This document shows, piece after piece, positions 28,302-40,512 of a stretch of DNA of 64,000 bases (position 1 is the stretch's first letter; each line of letters begins with the position of its first letter). Source of the stretch: Octopus vulgaris (Eukaryota); the NCBI GenBank assembly GCA_951406725.2, contig OX597815.1:142724001-142788000 (forward strand), given 5' to 3'. Position numbers and translations under genes: made by a program. The notes beneath the pieces are model-generated. The model saw nothing but the letters and a program-made list of their open reading frames with translations, searched no databases and was not told where the DNA came from.

Positions 28302-29055
28302 GTATATATGTGTGTGTGTACACATATATATTTATACTCACATATATTCACACACACACATATACACACATATATACATACATACAAGCATTCTATGTTT
28401 GAACATTTACTTCAAATTTGCGAGAGCTACATCGGTTTACATTCAGATTTTACTACTTTACTCACCTATTTGTATTTCCTTCCTATTTACTTTATCTTGT
28501 CAGATGCACTCAAATATGTCCATTTTAGATATAAACGCGATAGTATTTACCAAATGATGTGTTACTTTATAGCTCTGTAAGCAATATAGAATTTCTGCAG
28601 AAATATAATGTGAAATAAAGAGAATATCTCACGATTATATTTATTGAAATATCGGGGGCTTCTCTTACTCTTGCCTTGTTGCGTAAACAATATTTGCAAT
28701 AAAGATATTTTCTGCAAAGTTCATAATGTATATTACGACAACGAGAGAAATCTCAATTGGTTATTTCTCAAATAAAATATGTTGTTATCACAGAAACACA
28801 GAGAATATTTATGAATAATTTCTACACTAAATAATTCTGTCGTGAAATTTCGATTACATGGTGAGTTTACACTTTTAATTATTCATGGATCATTTTCTCC
28901 GAAAGATTCTCATCCTATCAACGTAAATATTCCAGTCTTGATTTAAGTGTTTATTTAAATTGAAGCCATAATGCTATGAAATCACAACTGGTAGGCTTAG
29001 CTATGTTTATAAATATGTTCCTGTAGTGACATTCTAGTAACATTTTATATTAACT

Positions 29056-29213
29056 GTAGGCGTGGCTACGTGATAAGAAGCTTTCTTCCCAACCACATGG
29101 TTCTAGGTTCAGGCCCACTGCGTGGCACCTTGGACACTTGTCTTCTACTATTGCCTAGTGCCGACCAAAGCCTCGTGAGTTGATTTGGTAGAAGGAACTG
29201 CCAAAAGCGTCTA

Positions 29214-29253
<40 letters not shown>

Positions 29254-29552
29254 GTATATATATATATATATATATATGTATATGTATATATATATACGTA
29301 TGTACGCATGCATGCATGTATACATGCACGGATGTCTGTATGCGTGTATGTGAGTCTTTGTGTCAGCATTTCTTCCCCACCAATGCCGCTTGATAACTGG
29401 TAATGGTACGTTTATGTCCCCGTAATCGAACGGTTCGGTAAAAAAATGACCGATACAATAAGTACCAGACTTACAAAAATATGTCCTATGGTCAATTTTT
29501 TCGGGGCTCCAGCATGTCCACTGTCAAGTGACTAAAACAAGTAAAAGATAAA
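29056..29552 (+). mobile_element. Full-length tRNA-derived SINE with internal (TA)n/(TG) microsatellite
   Basis: Head ggcgtggctacgtgataagaag...ggttcaggcccactgcgtggcaccttggacacttgtcttctac, (TA)n at 29215-29300, tail ...ctccagcatgtccactgtcaagtgactaaaacaagtaaaagataaaag. Confidence 0.85.
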
Positions 29553-29563
29553 AGGTACGTATA

Positions 29564-30230
29564 TACGAAGGTGGACCCGAGGGAAACCAGGAATTTTCAA
29601 TATTATTTTATTCACTTAGATGCATCGGTCCAGGTGCGTTTTCCACGTTCTTGTTCCACTATTCAATGCAGTACTGAAATTCTTGCCTCTGTGGGTTTTT
29701 TCTTTTTCTTTTTTTTTTTCATCTCATCCACACGTGCAAATGCCGATGCACCAGCTTTCGTCACCAGTGATGACCTTCGAAAAAAGGTCCGGATCAATTT
29801 TCCGATTGTTCTTTCACAGCACGGCACGCATTCAGTTGTGACAGCTTTTGGTCTTCCGTAAGCAAGCGAAGCACAACTTTTGCTTCACCTCTCTTCATTA
29901 GCAATTCTTGGCTCAAAATTCATTGTAAGGAGCTCAAGGACACACCAATCATATCAACAATTTTGTCAACGGTTTGGTGACAGTCCTCCAAGATCGGTTC
30001 ATGAATTTTCAAGATGTTCTCTTTCTTTCGGGAGGTCGACTGTCGTCCTGAACCAGGTTGGTCTTCAAGCGACAAGTGACCATTCCTAAAGCGTGAAAAC
30101 CACTTCTAAATTTGTGTCTTGCACATGGCACCGTCCTTGGAAGCTGTTTGAAGCATGGCAACTGTTTCGGTCGCCGTTTTCCTCACCTGAAAACAGAATT
30201 TCACGGAAGCACGCTGTTCTTTCGGTTCAG
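29564..30230 (-). mobile_element. Mariner (DD34D-type) transposase remnant, internally deleted and interrupted by a Penelope element
   Basis: Minus strand: KEQRASVKFCFQVRKTATETVAMLQ...KWFSRFRNGHLSLEDQPGSGRQST...RLLTEDQK...KVITGDESW (first catalytic D). A TA-CGAAGG TIR-like end lies near 29564. Confidence 0.85.
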
Positions 30231-30231
30231 T

Positions 30232-31560
30232 GCAATCAAACGGGGACTTAAATTAAGTATAGAAGACCTGAGACAAACAAAACCAAAAAAGAAAGAAAAA
30301 TTAAAAACCCTTCCCTACATCTCTACACACAACCCACTTAACAATGAGGCCTTCAGCACCATACTACAAAGCACAGCCCTACTAAAGGGAGACCCAAAGA
30401 TGAACCGGATCCTCGAAACACACACCATCATTAAAAGTAAACGGCAACCAAAATCCTTGAAAAGGATTTTAACCCAAGCTAAACTGCACTCAACATCAAC
30501 CACAAAACCAGCAGTTAGAAAATGTGGAAAGCCCAAATGCGGAATCTGTGTCATCTTGGTAGAAGGTTCAGAATTTATACTAGAACAAGGCCATCAGTTC
30601 ACCATTAGAACAAACTTCACCTGTGCATCAGAAAACTGAATTTACGTCTTAACATGCGCAGGTTGCAATAGGCAGTATATAGGCCATACAAAAAATAGCT
30701 TACGTAAAAGGATGGCGGTGCATAAATCCCAAATTAGAAACCCTGAATACCGGAAAATACCACTCAGCGGACACATAGATAGATGTGCTTCAAGAGAAAA
30801 TCCGAAATTTACAACTTACCCACTTTACAAATTCAGTGACAGCGTAACCTTCACCCAACGCCCAAATAAAGAACTTTATTTCATCAAAAAATTTAGACCA
30901 AGTTTGAACACCCTGGGCCAGGAATATTAAAACAAAACATTGGCCTTCCGAAAAGGAAAAATGAAATTCTACCACAACCACCACGATCACTACGACTGCC
31001 TCCACTATCACTACTACTACAACCACCGTGGTCACTACTATTGCTGCTACGATCAACAGTCCTCTACTACTGCGGCTGCTACGACCACAACTTAACTGCC
31101 ACAACCCCAACCACCACCACAGTTGCCAAAGCTACGACCAGCAGTAACTGCTAGCCGCCACAACCAATAAGCTGCTGCAACCCCAACCACCACCACGGTT
31201 ACTACTACTATGACCAACAATCACTATTGCTGCCACAATTCCATTGAAACACAAGGACGGTTCCTTTTGATACCAGCAAGAAAGAATAATAAACTTCTTT
31301 ACTACACGCAACTATAATATAGCGATTATGCCAACTACCGACAAAACATCACCACATGGATTCTATTGAGACCAGTAAGAAACAACTATGAACTTTTCTA
31401 TTGCACTTTTTATAATATTTTTGATAAGGTTCGTTTTTTCAAGAACCGAAACATATAAAATTCATAAGAAAATTAAAATTTATCTAATATAGTGGCGTTT
31501 TCAAACTTCTTTTTTACAAATATATACCCACTCGTATACGATCTACTCTTATTATAAAGA
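30232..31560 (+). mobile_element. 5'-truncated Penelope-like element (Neptune-type GIY-YIG endonuclease), 3'UTR and pLTR
   Basis: One reading frame from 30232 to 30930 with a single TGA (30637-30639): LPYISTHNP...KRQPKSLKRILT...KCGKPKCGIC...TCASEN*IYVLTCAGCNRQYIGHT...RMAVH...ELYFIKKFRPSLN. Followed by a (CAC/CTA)-rich UTR and a hammerhead-like motif at 31417-31461. Confidence 0.93.
31417..31461 (+). ncRNA. Minimal type I hammerhead-like motif, U3-A8 core variant
   Basis: attt-UUGAUAA-ggttc(gttttttcaa)gaacc-GAAA-catata-aaat: stem I attt/aaat, perfect 5-bp stem II, stem III with one mismatch. Sits in a PLE pLTR, where hammerheads are expected. Confidence 0.6.
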
Positions 31561-31569
31561 TTATTTTTT

Positions 31570-31737
31570 ACTTTTTATTAAAATTTTATGTATTGATTAA
31601 GTCTTTCCTTGTTTGTTTTGCAAAATAGTGGTTTTGTCTCTAATTAATATTATATAATATTTTACTATAAAATTGGATTTAATCCTAAATCTGATTTTTT
31701 CCCTGTAAATTTGGATTTATTCCCTAATATTTATTAT

Positions 31738-31796
<59 letters not shown>

Positions 31797-31810
31797 CATC
31801 ATACATATAT
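31570..31810 (+). mobile_element. Additional pLTR-like AT-rich end followed by (TA)n
   Basis: Contiguous with the Penelope element and ends directly in (TA)n at about 31740. Confidence 0.4.
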
Positions 31811-31812
31811 AA

Positions 31813-31880
31813 AAATGGCGGTGCCCCAGCATGGGCACAGCTCGTGAGCTGAAACTAGGTAAAATAAAATAAAATAAAAA
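31813..31880 (+). mobile_element. Orphan retroposon tail, second copy, with (AAAAT)n tail
   Basis: Near-identical to the reverse complement of 16666-16722. Confidence 0.7.
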
Positions 31881-32815
31881 TATGTACGTGTTTGTGTGTG
31901 CATGTGCGTGTGCATATGTATGTATATGAGCATATACCTATATATGAATGTATAATCATATATATAAAAGCAATAAGTGTATCACTGTGCGAGTATGTAT
32001 GTGACTGTGCGTGTGTGTGCATGTGTGCATGTTGGTGTGTTTGTTTGCGTGTGTGTATTGTTACTATTTATTAGAAACTAAGAATATCATGTTTTGTTAC
32101 TTCTGTTGTAAACCTAAATCAAGGATGATTGAGTGGTCCTGTAATAAAAAAAGAACATTCATGTGTCATCAGTTTCGGGGAGCTTCTTTTCTTTATTTTT
32201 CAGCTTGCAGGATTATATATCTAATATTGAGAGGTATTTGTGTGTTATTTTTAGCAGGTCTACCGTCCATGTAGGAACTTCATTTAGTTAAGCAGCAGCA
32301 GTTTTCAGTTTCGTTGAAATATGCATTGGAATTGCAGACCAACCTAATAGTTCTATTGATTCATTTATTCTATTTCTGAATATAATTTAGACCATTTTAA
32401 CAAGCAGACCGTTTAATTTGGATCTATTCGAAAGAAGAATTATTTAATTATTAATCAAAATTCACTATCAGACTTCACACGTAAATAGCCTACACATACA
32501 CGCGCACAAGCAAACGTATGCACACATACACACAAACGTACGCACTGAGGAAACTGTATGCATAATTGAATGTATGGGTATATATGTGTGATCGTATGGA
32601 CGTGATTGTGTGGGTGTACATGACTGCAAATATTTCAGTTTGATTTAATGTATTTATAAATGTGTATGAATGTATATATGTGTATGTGTATCCATGGCTG
32701 TATAGTTACACATAAATATATTTGTATCATTCATATAACTGTATATATATATATATGGACAACGTAACCTTATTGTATACACACATGGATACATACATAC
32801 ATACATACATATATG

Positions 32816-32899
<84 letters not shown>

Positions 32900-33974
32900 T
32901 ATGTATATATTGTTACACACACACATATATATACATACATTTGATCGTGCATGCATAATGCACACATGCAGGCATACATACATATACTCGCATACACATG
33001 TTACCAAGATAAATCTACACGAGTCGCTATATTTATCCCCACATGTTAACATATTTAGATACGCATAGGTGCAATCTTATTTAGAGAAATATTCTCGTGC
33101 ACTAAACCATACACATACAAACACCTCAAAGAATACACTAGCACGCAAACGCATGACATGAAGTTCACACTTGTTCCATTTAAGCTCCATATTTGTCTCA
33201 AACATTCCATTAACCACCACTAATTTACTGACTGAATTAATTATGTTACAATCAGTTATCTGAAACTAATTAATTATTAGATTAAATGAAAAACTAAGGT
33301 CTGCAAATTAATGGATGTTATTTTGTGAGAAATTGTTATTCCATATTTGAGGAGTCCATTTAACGTCCTTTCCTTCAGAATGTAGACGTTTCCCAAATAA
33401 GAAAAACATGCTGTTAAAAATTGTAAGCCACCAATATTAAATACAATCTTTATTAACGCTCTATTAATCATCCAGCGAAAAAGACTCACCACGGTTGCAA
33501 CCAATAACTGCCTAATCGCCCTCAAAACACAGACCACTGTTAATAAATTCTATGCTTTACCACAAACGGGATTGGCGAAGGTGGTACACCTTTTACCTCG
33601 GCCCTAAACAAACTGTGTTAGGGTGAAGCTAAAGCAAAATACAAAAAGTCCAAGGAAGTTTTATAGGCTGATTAAATTACATATTGCAGAGTGAAAAACA
33701 CATATTAGCCATTCAAAAGCATACAAAGACTGTTAACATCACTTAAACATTTTTAACTGGTGTCAAACTTTGCGTCGCAGAAACTGCGACCGGAGAGATA
33801 TTTTGGTGTGTTGTAGAATGCGCTATGTCTACATTTTACGCTGGAATCGGTTTCTTTTTTAGCTTCAGCACACGATGCCAGAACAAGTCACTTGTCTGGC
33901 AAGTACACCTCCAAAAGTTATCATCTAATTATAATCTAAAATTTATTATACACGTTTTATTTTACTTATTTTAG

Positions 33975-34194
33975 GTAATGTTGCTTTATGGCTGTCGACC
34001 TGAATCTGCAAACACTATACAAACAAGAAACTAAATTTCGTACAGATGTAATAAACGCTGAGCTCTTTGGACAAAGAGAAACTGCCGATAACTAACTAAA
34101 GACATAAAAGATAACAGACGATATTTCACTGACTTGGGTACTTGGTGACAACTAGAAATCTTAAAGGAAGAACTTGAGGAAAACAACGAAAGAG
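33975..34194 (+). other. Candidate 220-nt non-coding/RS-type exon
   Basis: tttacttattttag|GTAATG ... AAAGAG|gtaagt. Stops interrupt the frames I read. No transcript evidence. Confidence 0.3.
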
Positions 34195-34547
34195 GTAAGT
34201 TATTCGATGGCCTTACAGAATTACTACAGGATCTCTAACTTAATGAGTTGCGAGATTGTGTGTGAGACAAAAAGCAACAGATGTTCTTAATTGCTGTCAC
34301 AGTGGTACATAAAGAAGAACAAAGTGCATAGCAGCTGTCCTTAAACAAGCCTATCAAGAAAGGCAGTCAATCTACCGGTATACTATCTTCATTTTTCTCC
34401 ATCTGATCTATATTATCTAATAGGTCTTGCTTCAAATGCTAACATATGATTTGAGGGTATTTGGCTGATAATTCTAGAAAATGGAGGAACATTAAAATTG
34501 CTGCAGAAGTTCTTCACCATTGAGTTTGTGTACCTTTATCGAAGTCT

Positions 34548-34652
34548 AAAACGCTGCAAGCATTCCTATGAACCTCCAGGATGACGAATACTATATTCCA
34601 CCCACACTCCTGCCAAGAAGTAGGAGGAGATCGTTACATGATATTATCCAGA
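34548..34652 (+). repeat. Dispersed ~105-bp repeat, copy 1 (copy 2 at 36797-36906)
   Basis: aaaac(g/a)ctgcaagcattc...gaatactata.tccacc...ggaggagatcgt.acatgat..tatccag is present in both copies. Confidence 0.75.
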
Positions 34653-37600
34653 CCCCCTAGATATTGAGATCGAAAGCATTGATATTTTGGAGAGTTAGTC
34701 AGATTCATAGAGATCTAATATGTGAGAGAGATGGAGGAGTGTGGCATATAGTTTCGTATATGTGTGATCCGAAGGTAAAGCACGGGAGGGAAGAGGGTAA
34801 AATAGGAGGCAAAGAAATGAGAATATGATAGCTTGTATTAGTAGCAACATAAGAGACAGGGAGATAAAACTAATAGAATGCGTATAAGAGAGAATGACGT
34901 TGGAGTCCTTCATACGACAGTCTGACAGCAATACACCAATCAAACATTCTACCCATCCAACACAGAAGGGAAGAGAAGGAAAACTTAGGCGAATAATGTC
35001 ACCATATTAGACTCGGACGGAGACTTTTCCAGATTTCAACTGTAGTAACAAAGCATTAGTCGATATTTAGGAAGATCTACGCCAGACATTGGTTTTAGAA
35101 ATACGTACGGTTGGGGACTGAAGTGGCAGAATAATTAAACTTGAAGAAAAAGGTCATTGCTTTCTTACTCCATAGGAAATGGTGTAAATAATGAGGTAGC
35201 AGTGTCAGAAAGATTAATAGTTTTAAAGTATTCTCCCTAATCTGTCACCAACTTCAACACCACTATCTTGCCCTTGGGTAGCTCCTGCAAAATCCACTCC
35301 ATTGCAAACATCCAGGCAAATTGTGTGGTCTTTGAATAATAAAATTCTTTTCCTAATCCTCTGATTTAAACTAGGAGTGTTGTACTTCTACCTTTGAGTA
35401 AGTCATTGAAATATGTCAAGTCAGAAATGAACACACGTGTAACGGATATCTAAAGCGCGGAACCTTCAAGGAAGCCATTTTCGCATATAGGGCGTCCATG
35501 TATACTTTGGAGAAATCGATGAAATACATTGAAATTCTTACACTGTTACGCCGTCAGATTTTTTCTGTAACACAGATTCATGTAAGGCGACGCAATACAG
35601 AAGTTAACACCTTATAAAAGGTGACTAGACACTTTGAAAATTACAATTATGGAAATACAACAGTGTATTCATTTCTCCAATCAGATATTTTTAATTGTAA
35701 TTATTTTATTAGTGTCTGTCCAACGCGACGGCAAATTAGCTTGAGCTTTAAAAAGAACCTAGCTAATTAGCTCAAATCCCACACGCTATCGAGCTTATAA
35801 TTTCATTTATGTATCTAGTGATAATTAGTGGAGTGAAGTTGAACTCTCGTAAAAGTAGCTTCGATGGTAATCAGAAAGTATTTGACAAGTGAGGGTCGAC
35901 TAGCATACGTAATACAACCACTTGTGGGGTAGTTTCACTTCATTTTGAAAACCGTTTTATCACTGACAATTTCAATATTTTCTACGTCGTTTCGTCTGTC
36001 AGATGTGAAACGCGTGCTCATCGCAATATATATGATGGAATATGCAAAACACAAACAACATAACAATGTGTATTTATTTGTTCTTCAGAAATATCAATGT
36101 TCATTCTTTTCTACCAGACAAAATACTATGATTTATTTAGTCATTTAATCTTATTTCCTACTTAGATCTAAACAGTAATTACATTAAAAGCTACTTTTCG
36201 TTAAATACTAAAAGAAAAAAAGCAAATAAATGTGAAAAAATAGCAAATGTTACCGTGAACAATTCAATAGCTGAACATGAAAGACGAAATGTAGACATAT
36301 ATTTTGTGGCTAGTAATAACAGGAGAGGTTATGGAAAACGTCGAGACTAAAGCAATAGCTGATTATAACTGTTATAAATAACTCGTACTATATTGCCTTA
36401 CATTCAGTTTCATTTTGAGGTAAATCACCTAGATTTCCTCTGACAGGAAGACATATTAGATTTTTCTAAATATAGTGAGCTTATTTAATATTTATCGATT
36501 TTTTGAGACGTAAGATGAACAAGTGATATTGATACTAATACTGGAGCTGAATTAATTTATTTACATAATAATGAGGATGCGGTCGAGTTCCACACCACTT
36601 TCGGACAATGCTCTACTTGCTTCTCTCACTAAATAAGAATTTTTAGATTTTTAACGTGAATTGCTATTATAATTATATTTTTTTCCTATTTATTAATATT
36701 TAATTTCTGATTAATAGCCACTTATGAAGATAAGTATCTCGAAACTAAGACCAGCGATATACTGATCAATCTCAGAGTATTAGATTCATCAAAATGTAAA
36801 ACACTGCAAGCATTCATTTGAAGCTCCAGTGAGTAGAATACTATACTCCACCTCCCACTCCCACCCGTCAGGTGGAGGAGGAGATCGTGACATGATGATA
36901 TCCAGGGCTATAGCTACGAGGAAACCAATTATTTGGAAATAATTTCGTTATAAACATTATAAAACTTCATATTTCTGATTTATTTCTGGCCATCATTCCG
37001 GAGTAACGATTTAATTCTAAATTATTTTTGTCTTTTGGCCACATGTTAACTGTGATGAAACCAAGAGACTTCACTGTAGATGATAATCCATCCTGCTATT
37101 GTTGATCACCTGCTGACTGATGTAAGTAGTGAAGTAATAAAAGCATAGCCAACGAAAGAATTACAGAAGATAAAGATTTGAGAGGAAAAAAACAACGGAC
37201 TAATGTAGTGAATATCTTTCATCAGAAGCTTGTACCCTTGTTGCAAGTTTTGATGTGCAGAAACGTTTGTAATAGTGTAAGACAAAACAGAAAGCGACGA
37301 AACATGCCATTGTTATTGTTTTCCAAATATGTCAACGTGTTAGTGAGTGGATGTTAGTCTCTCTGTCTAATGATATCATAAACTAGTCCTGCTACAGAAT
37401 GGAATATAATTATGCAGACGGCCGATAAATATTCAGATTCGGATTGAAGTGGAAGCTTATTTTGATAAAAGCTGTCTTGATGATGTAACAGTTTTGTGGT
37501 TATCATGTATACGATTATGACGAAAGAAAGATATAGCAAAGATGAGCGTTTTATTGCACGATGCTGATGAATGAGGGGGCTATGTGAACAGAAGAATTAT

Positions 37601-37717
37601 CGCCATATCCCAATTATAGGATATTTAAAAGGTCTTTATTTAGAAAAAAATATAGCAAATTTAGTTCTAATTTTTTCTAAGCGATCAATGCAGTATTACT
37701 TGTACTGACAAGTAATA

Positions 37718-38015
37718 CTCGTAGCCACTTTAACATGGCTGTCCGTTCGAGCGGACTCTACTGCGATGTTTGAACCCCAAGAGGACATCTCATCTAGCTG
37801 GTTAACGATGCACACCAAAGCTCCACGTGGATCCGGCAGAGGGTAATTGTGAACTTCAGCTGATTCTTTCACGACAACTTTCTCTCACTCTTTCCGCCTG
37901 AATCTAGCAGCACACCTGCGACAGATCGGCGTCCCGTCCAGGTGGGGAACCTAAACGCCAATGAAACCGGAAAACCAGCCCTTATGAGCCAGGGGTGGCT
38001 CGAGAAGTAACAAAC
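37718..38015 (+). mobile_element. OR-type SINE body and tail with a non-tRNA-looking 5' part
   Basis: From aaagctccacg (about 37817) onward it matches the 18401-18700 element to the gagaag.aacaaac end. The upstream ~100 nt lacks the A/B boxes. Confidence 0.75.
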
Positions 38016-39264
38016 ACACACGGTTTACCAACTATTATAATAATTCTGATAGTTAAACGCGTAAGTATAAAATATATTTAGATAATTTTTAAAAAAGATT
38101 ATTTTACATGTTTCTGCCTATCTGTATTTCATCATACACTGTTCTAGCTATCTATCTACTCTTATCTCTTTATCTTTTGAACTTTTCTTATTCCATCATC
38201 ATCTTCATTGCTATTAACATTATTATATTTTGATCTACCAATGAGTATATAAAGTACTGCAATTTCTGTGTAATTCTCGAACGAAACAAATCACTTATTG
38301 TTGGAGTCACTGTTTTAAAAAATACATGTTCACTCTGAGTTTAAATGTTTCGCTTACTTTAAGCTCAATGAATTTAGCATGTTCCTCTTAAAAGGTAACT
38401 CCAGGATTTATACATACTCACACGCGCAAACACATATATTCACACACATACACACATATATGTGTGTGTATGTATACATCTCATTTTGTCTTGTTTTTCA
38501 AACCATATATCACTCATGTTTAAATAATCGATTTACATAAATATATTTTAAACATTGAAGCATATTTTACAGTTATTTTCATGACTCCGTTAAGAGAGAT
38601 AAAATGTCTAACAGCCAGGTTAATCGTCTGAAAGTGATGTGAGATTAGAGATAGATTATTAAACTAATCAACACAAGCGTCAATAGTTTAGTGCAATCGA
38701 CATAAAAGAAGTGCTTTTAATCTTTTTCTCACATCTCTCTTCATAGGATTTAAATGTGACAACCTTTCGTAAAATACGACCAGGCATTGGAATATAATGT
38801 GTAAATTCTAACACATCTGGAAATATTGATTACATTACAGCCTACTTGAAAGTTAAGTACATTCCCATTACGATGTACACAATAGTATTTAAATCTAATA
38901 TCCACACTTTACAAAACGGTTGTTTATTCCTATCCAGCGGGGATATATATACTTGCATCTAACAAAATTCATGAGATTTCAGATTATTTACGAAGTTATA
39001 TCACTTTATTGAACGTGTTAAAACATTTTATTTATCTTCTTGTAACACACACCTAAAAAGGGGGAATTTCTTTTATTACAACATCTGCATAGATTCCCGA
39101 AGTGTTTTTCACAACTTTTAAAAAAGTTTTCTCCAGTATTCACGAAGTTTATTTTTATGTGTTTGCATTTGAATGTATATTTTGGTATTTTTTATTTAAA
39201 GTCCATAACGATTCGGTATTTCTTTAAGATATATATCACCAGACTTATAGTAATAGAGATTCTG

Positions 39265-39475
39265 TCAGATGCTGGTGCAAAGCCAGCGGTTTTGAGGGGA
39301 GGGGCAAGTCGATTACATCGACTCAAGTATATAACTGATACTTTATTTTATAGACCTACAAAGGACGAAATGTAACATCTAACTCAGTGCTATTTGAACT
39401 TAGAACGTAAAGCCAGAAAAAAATGGCGCTAAATATTTTGTTCTAATGTGCTAACGAGTCAGCCAGCCCGCTGCT
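39265..39475 (-). mobile_element. Decayed Meta-domain-like SINE
   Basis: Reverse complement gives gcgggctggctgactcgttagcac...ttacgttctaagttcaaatagc...gtcgatgtaatcgacttgcccc. Confidence 0.65.
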
Positions 39476-39885
39476 TTTTCATTGGCAACGAACAATTGGC
39501 ATGGCGGATAAAAAGTGCAGTGATTTCCTAGGAACGATACGATATCAACAGACTTCAGGTCCTTTACATGAATTAAGAGAAATAGATCTTCTGCTGCCTG
39601 AAATTGGAATTTGTTTATCATCATTGTAAAATATCTGTTATCTTTTGTTAAGTTATTGTCGCCAAAACTAACCATATCAAATTAGATCGGTCTATTCCCC
39701 CTCATTTCCCTAAGCAAATATACATCATACGCTATCAATACTGGAACTTCATTGATCTTCAATAAAGACTCTATGGAATTATGTATTTTCAGAGTTAAAA
39801 AGCTTTTCCGTGGCACACTATTTATTTCTACAAGTCTAACCAGTTTAGCTAACAGAGCAAAAGCATCACGCTTCCTCTATTCTGC

Positions 39886-40093
39886 TAGCTGGCAGAATCG
39901 TCAAAAAGCCAGACAAAATGTTTATCAGCATTTGTCCATCGTTACATCCTAATTTCGATTTGCGCCGCGGTTGACTTTGCCTTTCTTCCTTTCGGGTTCG
40001 ATAGATAAGGTATTGGATGAGAATGGTGGGGAATCGATGTAATCGACTTACGCCTTCCCCAAAATTGCTGGCCTTTTGCCAAAATAGGAAACC
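39886..40093 (+). mobile_element. Meta-domain-like tRNA SINE
   Basis: tagctggcagaatcgtc...gttgactttgcctttcttcctttcgggttcgata...gatgtaatcgactt. Confidence 0.75.
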
Positions 40094-40122
40094 ATTATTA
40101 TGCAGGTTGTTTATTGAGATAT

Positions 40123-40512
40123 TGGAGGTGCAATGGCCCAGTGGTTAGGGCAGCGGACTCGCGGTCATAGGATCGTGGTTTCGATTCCCAGACCGGGCGT
40201 TGTGAGTGTTTATTGAGCGAAAACACCTAAAAGCTCCACGAGGCTCCGGCAGGGGATGGTGGTGATCCCTGCTGTACTCTTTCACCACAACTTTCTCTCA
40301 CTCTTACTTCCTGTTTCTATTGTACATGTATTTCAATGGAGCCGGCCTTGTCACTCTCTGTGTCACGCTGAATATCCCCGAGAACTACGTTAAGGGTGCA
40401 CGTGTCTGTGGAGTGCTCAGTCACATACACGTTAATTTCACGAGCAGGCTGTTCCGTTGATTCGGATCAACCGGAACCCTCATCGTCGTAACCGACGGAG
40501 TGCTTCCATCCA
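40123..40512 (+). mobile_element. Full-length tRNA(Arg)-like-headed SINE (OR-type head, different 3' domain)
   Basis: ggaggtgcaatggcccagtggttagggcagc (A box) ... ggtttcgattccc (B box). Exact 12-bp TSD ttattgagatat at 40111-40122 and 40513-40524. Confidence 0.92.

Noticed and set aside
30637-30639. In-frame TGA in the Penelope endonuclease as possible selenocysteine
   Set aside because: It falls at the hydrophobic position of N-[LV]-IY, not at a Cys, and one TTA->TGA substitution explains it.
30970-31240. Thr/Val-rich ORF and (CAC/CTA)n tract as a mucin-like exon
   Set aside because: It lies in the Penelope 3'UTR after the stop codon and has no splice signals.
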